This document shows, one piece after another, positions 40,869 through 49,473 of a stretch of 64,000 bases of DNA. Numbering within the stretch: the first letter of the stretch is position 1; each line of letters begins with the position of its first letter. This DNA is from a virus. Taxonomy: Duplodnaviria; Caudoviricetes. The translations under genes and the position numbers were made by a program. A model generated the notes under the pieces. That model made no database searches. It had not been told where the DNA came from and saw only the letters and a program-made list of their open reading frames with translations. Where the stretch lies: IMG/VR virus record IMGVR_UViG_3300020047_013271, positions 4,476 to 68,475 of that record; one strand, 5' to 3'.

Positions 40869-41210
40869 CTATTTTTTATCGTTTTTAGTTTTAACCACTT
40901 TTGCCGGAATAATTTCTTCGATTGTCTCTACGGCTTCGACGGCTACTATTTCTTCTTCAACTAATTCAGCAGGTAAGTCAGTATCAATTGAGAATTCAGG
41001 AGTTTCGTCCACTTCGATTGGCTCCACTTCGATTTCTTGAATATCATCACCAAAAATATCCGATGCTTTGATAAATCCTGATTCATCAAGGTCAGATTCA
41101 TGGTATTTTACTCCTTTGTAATGCTCGTTTAGACTTTCTACGCTAAACCATAATTGTTGTCCGTCGAATTTTTTCTCAACTCCTTTGGCAATTAATCTTT
41201 CTGTTTTCAT
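40869..41210 (-). CDS. acidic hypothetical protein
   Basis: 113-aa ORF with a Glu-rich C-terminus. Confidence 0.55.
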   Translation of the reverse strand: MKTERLIAKGVEKKFDGQQLWFSVESLNEHYKGVKYHESDLDESGFIKASDIFGDDIQEIEVEPIEVDETPEFSIDTDLPAELVEEEIVAVEAVETIEEIIPAKVVKTKNDKK

Positions 41211-41233
41211 AATTTATATTTAATTTTTATTGG

Positions 41234-42046
41234 TTACTTTTCTTGTGGTTTTCTTCCGGTTTGTATATCCATTATATGGTCATTCATGTCCATTATAATC
41301 TGCTTTTCTTCGGCGCTCAACGGTGTAAAAACCGGTTGCGACATTCGTATGGTATTCATCTTCCCTAATGTTCTGTAAACCCATGTTAGTTTATCTACGA
41401 AAGTCCTTGTGAGTCGATAGAGATATGTTCTTGTTTCCTTATCAGGACCGTTTAGAGTTTTCTTCACTTTTATGATTTCCTCCAAAAGTCCGTCTTTCAA
41501 AAACCGATTTAGTTTTCCTGATTTTCTGCCCGTCATCAAAACCATTGTATTTTCAAATCGGTCTTTTGTAAAAGGAATATTAGAGTAGAAATAAAAACCA
41601 ACCTCCAAATCTTCTTTACGAATACCGTATTTTATGGAGTAGTAGTTTATCACAATTCCGTAATACCTCATAAAATCAAACTCCCTTTCCACCGGTTGAA
41701 CGACAATAAACTTATTCTTGCTTGCGATTACATTTCGTTCACGACTTCTCTGCAAAACTCGTAACGGATGCATTAATGCCAATTCCTTTACTTCATCAAC
41801 CTCTTTTACTCTACGTCTTGAAGTTCGCTTCTCCCATTGTGCTACCGTTTCTCCCTCACGAACTTTCATAAACTCTACCATTGTTCGCTTTTGATATTCG
41901 CTCATTCCTGGCTTTATTTTTCCTTGCAAAGAGAATGGTCCGTATTTCTTCTTCGGCTGTTTTGGCTTACCGATTTTCGGTTGCTTTTTCATGCCCGGAT
42001 AATACCTTGACTTATTCTTAGGTTGCTTTTTTTTGCCTTCGTCCAT
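41234..42046 (-). CDS. winged-helix-like protein with basic N-terminal extension
   Basis: C-terminal DFMRYY....KYG...DL...Y...FTK..F...LKDG.LE....YRLT looks like a MarR-type wHTH. Confidence 0.5.
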   Translation of the reverse strand: MDEGKKKQPKNKSRYYPGMKKQPKIGKPKQPKKKYGPFSLQGKIKPGMSEYQKRTMVEFMKVREGETVAQWEKRTSRRRVKEVDEVKELALMHPLRVLQRSRERNVIASKNKFIVVQPVEREFDFMRYYGIVINYYSIKYGIRKEDLEVGFYFYSNIPFTKDRFENTMVLMTGRKSGKLNRFLKDGLLEEIIKVKKTLNGPDKETRTYLYRLTRTFVDKLTWVYRTLGKMNTIRMSQPVFTPLSAEEKQIIMDMNDHIMDIQTGRKPQEK

Positions 42047-42301
42047 TTAATTGAATCTAAAAGTTTGACGTTCTGCAATTCTACGGTTAAGACTTTCGTA
42101 GGATTCATTCACGATAAAATCCAATCCTGCTGAACTTACAATTCCTATTTTGTTATTGAAACGCTTAGTGTAATCTATCGTGTATAGCGTGTATTCTTCA
42201 ATAGTTTTGCCCGAAAGATTTAACTCAACTCCAAATTCTTGTTGGTCAATATCTTCCTCACATACTACGTGAATGACATTTACTTTTAATCCTATATTCA
42301 T
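42047..42301 (-). CDS. hypothetical protein
   Basis: 84-aa ORF in operon. Confidence 0.55.
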   Translation of the reverse strand: MNIGLKVNVIHVVCEEDIDQQEFGVELNLSGKTIEEYTLYTIDYTKRFNNKIGIVSSAGLDFIVNESYESLNRRIAERQTFRFN

Positions 42302-42603
42302 GGAGTTTTGGTTTTAGAGATTAATTGATCGTACAAATCCTCTGCTGATATAATTTCCTTTTGGTCGAATTTCCCAAACTCTATAAAAAAGCAATAGTGT
42401 TCAATTACGCAGAAACCGTCTTCGTCTTTTGGGAAATGAATTTGAAGCAAAGTCATCAACGATTTTACAAGCAAATTATCATTATAAGAGCATCGGCTTC
42501 CGGAACCAAACATTTCCTGAATTGATTCCCCAAACTTTTGGTCTAAGTGCATTTGCTGTCTTAGATTTTCTATTACTGTGCAAAAAGTTTCTTTTGTTAT
42601 CAT
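42298..42603 (-). CDS. hypothetical protein
   Basis: 101-aa ORF overlapping its neighbour by ATGA. Confidence 0.55.
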   Translation of the reverse strand: MITKETFCTVIENLRQQMHLDQKFGESIQEMFGSGSRCSYNDNLLVKSLMTLLQIHFPKDEDGFCVIEHYCFFIEFGKFDQKEIISAEDLYDQLISKTKTP

Positions 42604-42605
42604 GA

Positions 42606-42998
42606 TTAGGAGTTTTTAAGTTCTTCGCCGGTTAATGCGAAATATAGGTTTTGTAATTGATGTACGTATTTAATTATTCCAAGCCCAACAATGGGAATAA
42701 TTTCACCTTCTTTTTTTTCGTGATTTGATAATGATACTTGATAGCTTTTATCGTCATTCATAATCATTATAGTAAAGTAAAACGACCCGTAATCTTTTAA
42801 ATAACGGTTGTTTATTCCAAAAACAAACTCAAACCCAAACTTCAATAACCATTCTTCGGTTAGTGGGACAAAACCTCTTATTATTTCGTCAACTTCTATT
42901 CCTTCAATTAATAATCCAAAACTTGCTAGTTCCCATTGTTGCAAATTATTTGAATATCCTATAAAATAATTTCCTATTCTTAATTCTTTTGCTTCCAT
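42606..42998 (-). CDS. conserved Bacteroidota phage protein
   Basis: ELRIGN...PLTEEWLLKFGF...YVHQLQNLYFALTGEEL signature. Confidence 0.65.
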   Translation of the reverse strand: MEAKELRIGNYFIGYSNNLQQWELASFGLLIEGIEVDEIIRGFVPLTEEWLLKFGFEFVFGINNRYLKDYGSFYFTIMIMNDDKSYQVSLSNHEKKEGEIIPIVGLGIIKYVHQLQNLYFALTGEELKNS

Positions 42999-43402
42999 TA
43001 TTTCAGTACTTTTTTAGCGATTCCGAGCATACTACTTTTATCTTTAGCCAATGCAGTCATGACTGTTTCTATATCATCATAGTCAGTAAAAACCATTTTC
43101 GCCAATAGCGTTATGATTTTATTACTTCTTTCAAAAGCTTGGTCGATTACATTCTGACCTTTGAAATCTTCTAATGTATTTTCGGCTTTCTGAACTACAT
43201 CAAACTCTTCTCTTTCAGCCTTAATCAATGATAAAATCAATTTATTACCATTCTCTTTTACCTTACCTTTCCATGCAGGAGTTCTTTTTAAAACCTCATT
43301 ATGAGCTAATGCGTTTTGATTGGCCAAAATCGCTTTTGCACGCATGGTATCAAAAATAGTTTTACTTAGTTGTTCAGGAGTTATTGTTGATTCTTGTGTC
43401 AT
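42998..43402 (-). CDS. hypothetical protein
   Basis: 134-aa ORF in operon. Confidence 0.55.
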   Translation of the reverse strand: MTQESTITPEQLSKTIFDTMRAKAILANQNALAHNEVLKRTPAWKGKVKENGNKLILSLIKAEREEFDVVQKAENTLEDFKGQNVIDQAFERSNKIITLLAKMVFTDYDDIETVMTALAKDKSSMLGIAKKVLK

Positions 43403-43412
43403 ATTCGTTTTA

Positions 43413-43598
43413 TTATTTTATTTTTAGTTTAAAAAATTCTTCCCAATCTTCGATTTTCCAATTTGATTTGATTTTCTCCCAAAGCTTAGATTCTCCGTCT
43501 TTTCGAAGAACTTCTATGACGTCAAATATTGTAAACTCCTTACAGTACGCATTGGTAATCTTCTTTTCTCGTACAATTTGGTATCTATTTCTGGCCAT
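43413..43598 (-). CDS. hypothetical protein
   Basis: 61-aa ORF overlapping the upstream gene. Confidence 0.45.
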   Translation of the reverse strand: MARNRYQIVREKKITNAYCKEFTIFDVIEVLRKDGESKLWEKIKSNWKIEDWEEFFKLKIK

Positions 43599-43923
43599 TG
43601 TTATAAGTTATTGAGTTACAAAAAATTCCTTCTTCTATTCCTTTATTAAAGGCAATCGCTCTAATTTCTCTTTCTATTTCCTTAAAATCAGGGTAGTTTT
43701 TAAGATTTTCGTATGCTTTTAGTGAGTAAATAACTGCTGTGTGATTTATCCCAAGAGTATTAGCCATTCTTTGCAATTGTGTATTTGAACTTTTTTCCTT
43801 AATAATCCTTAGAAACACAACTCTTGAATAGAAATTCTCTCTTTTACGGCATCTATCTGAAATATCTATTCCTATTGATTTATTGATAGTAGTTTTTAAG
43901 GCATTCATTTCGTAGTCGGACAT
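43585..43923 (-). CDS. DnaA domain IV-like HTH protein
   Basis: R.RE..Y.R...L......MA..LG.NHTAVIYS matches the DnaA C-terminal HTH (G.DHTTV.H). Confidence 0.6.
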   Translation of the reverse strand: MSDYEMNALKTTINKSIGIDISDRCRKRENFYSRVVFLRIIKEKSSNTQLQRMANTLGINHTAVIYSLKAYENLKNYPDFKEIEREIRAIAFNKGIEEGIFCNSITYNNGQK

Positions 43924-44117
43924 GATTCTTTAGTTTTTATGGTTATTGAAGCCTTTTCCGATTTTGAATTTCTCAAAACCCACCCATCCAAAAAATCAAC
44001 AAGCTCTTTTATAGATTCTGAGAATTCACCGCCGTTTCTATTTGCTCTGATTGTATTTTTATTTCCGGTTAACTCCTGAGAAACATTGCTGAAATTGATT
44101 AGTTTTTTAGAATCCAT
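43905..44117 (-). CDS. hypothetical protein
   Basis: 70-aa ORF in operon. Confidence 0.5.
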   Translation of the reverse strand: MDSKKLINFSNVSQELTGNKNTIRANRNGGEFSESIKELVDFLDGWVLRNSKSEKASITIKTKESCPTTK

Positions 44118-44285
44118 TTATTTTAATTTAATTTGAAAAAATGCTAAACTTTCTTAGCGGTCAGTCTGTCTATAAATTAAGCACGTCACTTTTTTTCATC
44201 CACCAAGATGCTTTTTGACTCAAGCTTTATAGATTCCTACGGCGCCGACAAGCGCAGATTTTTTACCTCGGTGGAATTTATATTT

Positions 44286-45095
44286 TTACATTTCTGATAA
44301 GCTTTTTATTCTTTTGTATCCTACTTCGTACCTTTGGTTATGTGGAGCGTCGAATAGAAACGTGCATATTCCGGCGTTGTTTAACTCTACAAAGTTTTCA
44401 TACCTATCATCGATAAAAATGTCGATTCCGGACTCTTTAGCAACTTCTACTTTCGAAACTCCAAACCCAACACTGTAAACCGGCATTGCAGGAAATCCAT
44501 TTTTAAGCAACCACTTTTTTGTCAATTCAACCGGAACACTTCGGCTTGTAATGTAACAGTGTGGTTCGAAAGGAATGTCTTTAGGTAGTATTTTAGGCTC
44601 TAAATTCAAGTAAAACTCCTCTAACGCCTCTTTAGAAAAACTATCGAAATGCTCTTTGTTATCATAGCTGAAATTCCAGTTCTCCGGAATGTCATATCCA
44701 AATTTTTCACACCATGCTTTTGTCCAATTATAAATAACTTCATCGATGTCTAATCCTATTTTGGCTTTTTTTAGATAGCTATGCGGTCTGTCGTCGCCTT
44801 GTGGATAGATTTTATAGTATTCTGTCAAAAATCCTGCATTACACATAATGTGAGCAGTATGCAAGCAACCTGTTTCCGGATCAAAATCTTCTCCGCTTTC
44901 AAATGCTAACGTATGTCGTTTCAAAGAAGCCGTTACTTTGCTCCACAACATTCCAATCTCCCAATTGCGTTCGGCGTATTTTTCAGCGCCTTTCGTCAAA
45001 ACTCTTGCGTATTGTTCTTGAGCAAACTGAGGAACTAAATCGTGTCTTGTTTTTCCATCGTTAAATCGTAATCCTTGAATTTTTTGACTTCCCAT
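44286..45095 (-). CDS. dATP/dGTP diphosphohydrolase (DUF5664-like) fused to a HAD 5'-nucleotidase
   Basis: N-terminal K.R.DL.P...VL..GA.KY..RNW..G...SL.RH...GED.D.ETG..H.AH..CN; C-terminal LDIDEV and FIDD HAD motifs. Confidence 0.8.
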   Translation of the reverse strand: MGSQKIQGLRFNDGKTRHDLVPQFAQEQYARVLTKGAEKYAERNWEIGMLWSKVTASLKRHTLAFESGEDFDPETGCLHTAHIMCNAGFLTEYYKIYPQGDDRPHSYLKKAKIGLDIDEVIYNWTKAWCEKFGYDIPENWNFSYDNKEHFDSFSKEALEEFYLNLEPKILPKDIPFEPHCYITSRSVPVELTKKWLLKNGFPAMPVYSVGFGVSKVEVAKESGIDIFIDDRYENFVELNNAGICTFLFDAPHNQRYEVGYKRIKSLSEM

Positions 45096-45106
45096 TTTTG
45101 TAGAAT

Positions 45107-45289
45107 TTATTTTTTTAATTTTCCGTTAGCAATGTCGTTTAGCATTTTAAATAGCGCCTCTTCTCCATATCCCCAATTCTTTTTATCCTCTTCATTTTGA
45201 AATTTTGGCAGTATTACCGTTTGCTTTCGAGATTCACAACCCATTTTATGAACTCCATCTTTCTGTCCGCATTGTTTACATTTTGCCAT
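45107..45289 (-). CDS. small Cys/His protein
   Basis: CxxC...H.M.C motif, 60 aa. Confidence 0.5.
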   Translation of the reverse strand: MAKCKQCGQKDGVHKMGCESRKQTVILPKFQNEEDKKNWGYGEEALFKMLNDIANGKLKK

Positions 45290-45511
45290 AATTTTACATA
45301 TTTACAACCCATTCAAGTACCTTTATTTTTGCCTGTAAAATTTCTATTTCTGGAGTATTATTTGACCAACCGTGAGTTTCATCTTCTCTCAGTTCTTCAA
45401 TTTTTAAATATAATTCAGCTATTTTATTTTTTATTTCTGTTTTTGTTTTCATGATTTTATATTTTTAGTTGATATTTTTGACAATTTTGTAACATATTTG
45501 TCTAATATTAG

Positions 45512-46819
45512 TTACAGTAATTTATTGTCAATATCCGGAAGACCTTTTCCATTATTGGTGATTATAGAGAATCCGGCGTTCGACGTAAATCCTAAATCTT
45601 CACTATACCCGTTTCCGGTAAATAAACTCCTTGCATGCATTCTAATGTGGTCCACAGAATCATCTTTTATGATGTTGAACTTTCCTTTCATGTTCATGCT
45701 TAGTTTTTGAATTATTGAGTGAAGATGTCCTTCAAGGATTACGTTAAAAACTCCTTTTTTCCCGAAATCCCAACAAATATCCTTAGTAGCCTTCTTGCTA
45801 ATTCCTTTATGACCATGAAGCAGTATGTAGTTTATGCCATCAATCTCACATGAAATTACCGTTGGATGAAACTCAATATCATATCCCAAAAGTTCTAATC
45901 CGAAAGCTATTAAATCAGCAGCTCCTCCGTCAACGTCTTCTTCTTTATCCGAAGTAAGCCTATCATGATTTCCGGCAACCAACTTCACTTTTTTAAGGTT
46001 GGTGATTTTTGACAGAAACTTTTCATGCCATATTTTAACCGAAAACTTAATAACTTCGGCGCCAATCATTCCTTTTTGCAGTCCTTTCCAAGAGTTTTTG
46101 TGGTTTAAACCGGTAAAACTCTCTATCATATCACCCAAAAACATCACATTTACCTCACTAAATCCTCTTTTATTTACTTTTACAACAATATCCTCGATGT
46201 AATCAATCAAAATTGGAATAGAGAAATCTTTTGTATTCACTAATCCGTTGATATAAGCTCCTAAGTGCGGGTCGCCAATTATAATATTTGCAACTTCATT
46301 TCCGGCGACGCTTGTAGAAGTATGTTTGATGCATTTTTCAAGTTCCGTAGTTAGAATCTCTTTTATTTCTAAGTAATCATTCTCAAATTGTTCTTCTGAA
46401 CTATAAAAAGCAATGTTGTAATATGGAGTTCCGGTGTGAGAAACTAATTTCCAACTCTTCACAGTGTCGTAATCGAACCCGTAGAACTCGCAATATTGAT
46501 TAATATCCATTATTCCACCGGAAGAAGAAATAGCAGTAAATCCACGATTTTTACGATACTGAGTAGTTTCAGTGGTAGTTTCATTTTCTAAATCTTCATC
46601 GTCTTCTTTTTCTACAACTATCTCAACTACTTTAGAAAACTTATCACTACTAATATTTCTACTAATGTATCTTGAAAATGACTCACGCTGATGAGTATCA
46701 AAGTCTTGACTTATTTTATTTACTATATCAATAGATTTTATCCCTTGATTATCTTCTAAAATTTGCTTGATTTGCTCGTCGTAAACATTCCATTTCCCTC
46801 CTGTATGTTGGTTTGCCAT
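45512..46819 (-). CDS. calcineurin-like metallophosphoesterase
   Basis: GDPHLG, GDMIE, GNHDR, LHGH and GHLH motifs. Confidence 0.85.
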   Translation of the reverse strand: MANQHTGGKWNVYDEQIKQILEDNQGIKSIDIVNKISQDFDTHQRESFSRYISRNISSDKFSKVVEIVVEKEDDEDLENETTTETTQYRKNRGFTAISSSGGIMDINQYCEFYGFDYDTVKSWKLVSHTGTPYYNIAFYSSEEQFENDYLEIKEILTTELEKCIKHTSTSVAGNEVANIIIGDPHLGAYINGLVNTKDFSIPILIDYIEDIVVKVNKRGFSEVNVMFLGDMIESFTGLNHKNSWKGLQKGMIGAEVIKFSVKIWHEKFLSKITNLKKVKLVAGNHDRLTSDKEEDVDGGAADLIAFGLELLGYDIEFHPTVISCEIDGINYILLHGHKGISKKATKDICWDFGKKGVFNVILEGHLHSIIQKLSMNMKGKFNIIKDDSVDHIRMHARSLFTGNGYSEDLGFTSNAGFSIITNNGKGLPDIDNKLL

Positions 46820-46843
46820 TTCTTGATTATTGGTTAGAAAAAC

Positions 46844-47044
46844 TTATTTCTTATTAAATTGTGAAAATCCTTTTTGGTACGCCCGGTAAACAAAGCCCGG
46901 TTGCTTTACGAGTTTCTTCCATTCGCCGTAGAGCATCGATTTTAACCCCGAAAACTCCCCATCCTTATCAGTTTTAACCACATCTACTATTGTTCCCGTA
47001 GGAAGTAAATCAGGTATGTATTTTTTCTTGTCAGGTTGTGCCAA
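46844..47044 (-). CDS. hypothetical protein
   Basis: 66-aa ORF following the RNA cluster. Confidence 0.5.
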   Translation of the reverse strand: MAQPDKKKYIPDLLPTGTIVDVVKTDKDGEFSGLKSMLYGEWKKLVKQPGFVYRAYQKGFSQFNKK

Positions 47045-47157
47045 TTACTTTTTTTTAATATTATCTATTGATATAGAAACAAGCATTAACCCTAAAAAAA
47101 TAATACATGAGCATATAATATTTGTCATAATGTTTTTACTTTTAGTTTTTAAAATAA

Positions 47158-47420
47158 GGGGGATTGACGCTCCCCCAAGTTTCGTTTTAAGCAGCCAATC
47201 TCATTGGTTGGTTAAAAAGGTTGATAACTTTTGCAGTTATTTGTAAAAAAGTCCTCAGTAAAACTCGTGCATTGCTGTCAAAGCCATTCCTCCCCAAATC
47301 AGTCATTTGTACATCGGCTGACTAAACCATCAACACTTTACACGGCATCGATTTGTGGAGAGGCGGGGTTTCGAACCCCGGTCCAAACAAAAACTCATAA
47401 TACGTCAATGAACAATTTTG
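47158..47420 (-). ncRNA. ssrA: tmRNA gene, circularly permuted (two-piece) form
   Basis: Acceptor piece with GGAC-CGGGG-TTCGAAA-CCCCG-CCTCTCC-A lies upstream of the 5' piece GGGGAGG-AATGGCTTTGACAGC; G3:U70 pair; tag frame 47234-47187 encodes AKVINLFNQPMRLAA*. Confidence 0.88.
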
Positions 47421-47492
47421 TTGCTCCAAGTGGATTCGAACCACTGTTATCAGGATGAAAACCTGCCGTCCTAACCCCTAGACGATAGAGCT
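47421..47492 (-). tRNA. tRNA-Glu(TTC)
   Basis: GCAGG-TTTTCAT-CCTGA anticodon arm; AGTGG-TTCGAAT-CCACT T-arm; TCGTCTAGGGGTTAGGACG D-arm. Confidence 0.85.
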
Positions 47493-47650
47493 ATTTGCAA
47501 GTCTTTCCTTGCTGTCAGTTTGATTCTTTATTAAAACTCATCGCTATATTTACCTTTTTGCTTTTCTTGCCCTACGTCTTTCCGTATATTGTCAATAGCA
47601 CTCTATTGTTTTAACTCCAAATCAAACATCCTCGCTTTCTTTATTGGTTG

Positions 47651-47758
47651 TGGAGAAGAAAGGAATTGAACCTTTGGCCTACTGTCGAATTATCTATCTA
47701 CACTTACAAGTGATAATCAATAGTTTTGCAATCGCTCTAACCACTGAGCTACTTCCCC
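47651..47758 (-). ncRNA. tRNA-Ala-like RNA with the anticodon loop replaced by a ~44-nt insert
   Basis: GGGGAAG/CTTCTCC-A acceptor with G3:U70; canonical TAGCTCAGTGGTTAGAGC D-arm; AAAGG-TTCAATT-CCTTT T-arm. Confidence 0.7.
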
Positions 47759-47802
47759 TGACGGACCGGCTTTTTACAGAAACTCGTCCTCGAAACTGTT
47801 TG

Positions 47803-47920
47803 TAGTCAGGATAGGATTCGAACCTACATAAAGCAACCTTACAACTTCATAGTCAACACAAGTGTCTGCAACTATTAGTCTTGGGGACTTGGGTAGCCAT
47901 CCCGCATTACACACCTGACC
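47803..47920 (-). ncRNA. tRNA-like RNA with an oversized central region
   Basis: GGTCAGG/CCTGACT acceptor and GTAGG-TTCGAAT-CCTAT T-arm; 118 nt in total. Confidence 0.6.
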
Positions 47921-47925
47921 TTTTT

Positions 47926-48159
47926 TTATTCTAAAACCTCATACCCAGTTTCCCTCTGTAGTGACCGAATCTTCTCATTCAACTTTTCGTCATTACACCC
48001 TTTCTTATAAAGCTTTTTCCTTTCCGTGTATAAGAACTTTAAGCGAATCTCCGGACTCAATTCTACTTTCGCTTTCGCTTCTCTGAAACTCCCCGTTTCA
48101 AATCCGCCGCTTCCGTCAGGGTATATTGTATCGTTCATAGTTTTTAATTTCAGTTTCAC
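47926..48159 (-). CDS. hypothetical protein
   Basis: First ORF of the leftward transcript. Confidence 0.45.
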   Translation of the reverse strand: MKLKLKTMNDTIYPDGSGGFETGSFREAKAKVELSPEIRLKFLYTERKKLYKKGCNDEKLNEKIRSLQRETGYEVLE

Positions 48160-48269
48160 TTTTTGTTTCCGGTCTCCACCGTGTATAAGATGTTAACTCA
48201 ACCCCTACCATTACTGAGTTTCTGATTTTAGAGTTTCTAATAAAGTACCCTTATTTCTCATCCACATGG

Positions 48270-48321
48270 CAAACCTACGCCAAGAAATAGAAACCACCAA
48301 ATAAAAAGTGAAATATTTCAC
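48270..48321 (-). promoter_or_regulatory. leftward promoter (TTTG-N20-TAGGTTTG) with adjacent operator GTGAAATATTTCAC
   Basis: Canonical Bacteroidota -33/-7 spacing; perfect 14-bp palindrome at 48308-48321. Confidence 0.7.
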
Positions 48322-49283
48322 ATTGAGAAGTGAAATAAAGAGAAACGTAAAAAGAAGCCGTTTAAAGCGTTAAAACTATTCACGGTGCATAAGAACCTAT
48401 CCGGAGCATTATCGTTTAACTCCATTGAAGAAAACTACCAAAACTCATTAGTATCCTCCTTTCCTCAGCAATAGCAGGGGATATATCTTAGAGAGTAAAG
48501 GGGAGAGTTAGGGTTATATCCCATCTCCCGCCCTATATTTAGCAAAGGGAAACGCTTCTTTTCAATGGGGTGGGTCTTCTTTTTGGTTTTGGTTTTCAAT
48601 TTCATTTCAAATTCTATGCATATACAAAGATCCTTGTATTTTCAAGGAACTAAACCAATAAACAAGGCTAAAACTGGCTTAATCAATACAAACTTAATCT
48701 TAGTATGATTACGCTGAACCAATCACAAAACCAATAATAGCAAGGGATTAAGAATTTAAGATACTGTTTTACTCCGAGTTTATAATCTTAACGAGTGAAA
48801 CTATTCACCCAATTAAATATAATCCTCGAAATACCTTGCGAAAGCCTTTAAACGTTGGTAGTTGTGTGCTGCGTACTGCCTTATACATTCCTTTTCATAA
48901 CCTTATAAATTATGCTCAAAATCCTGTAATTATAGTCTTGTGTTTCCTCTCTATGTTTTCCTTATGTTTAACCTCTGTCTGTTTGGGTAGTTTTGGCGCT
49001 TGTTTGCCTTAAGTCTTGACTTGCTTAGGCTTACTCTTGTCTAAAGTTTTGAAGGCTTAAACACGCTTATTTTGATTAATTGTATTTTGATCTTATTGGT
49101 TATGTAGTGTTATTGTCTTTATGTGTTGGTTGTTTCCCTCTTTATTTATAAGACTTAAAGAGTTTTGAAGGTATTCGATGTAAGATTTTACTTTGTTTTG
49201 TAAAATATTCATGTTTTAGATCTTTTTTTCTTCCCTCTGTAAAGTCTTACTATTGTTGATTTTTTCATATTTTGTAAATTTAT

Positions 49284-49350
49284 TTTAATATTTCATATGA
49301 AATAATTCATAAATTGCTTGTGGGAACAAATATAATTTATAATATTTGCA
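49284..49350 (+). promoter_or_regulatory. probable early promoter with operator ATGAAATAATTCAT (49297-49310)
   Basis: One-mismatch copy of the CI-region palindrome upstream of the early gene block; imperfect -7 box. Confidence 0.5.
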
Positions 49351-49473
49351 GTGTTGGAAGGGTAGAGAATGCCAATACAACGTAAAGCAGTGAAATAGTA
49401 TAGCAGTTCGGGTCCGTGTTGAGTTCCTGGAATTTGGTAAATGTCGCAAGGCGTTCCAATCGCAGACACATAT

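Noticed and set aside
44286-45095. 2-aminoadenine (Z) genome pathway
   Set aside because: No PurZ or dedicated polymerase is visible in the window; the hydrolase alone is insufficient evidence.
47016-47458. + strand ORFs 47016-47246 and 47231-47458, and - strand ORF 49337-49525
   Set aside because: They overlap the tmRNA/tRNA genes or a promoter and structured leader; judged spurious.
47651-47920. Group I or II introns in the aberrant tRNAs
   Set aside because: Inserts of 35-50 nt are far too short for self-splicing introns.
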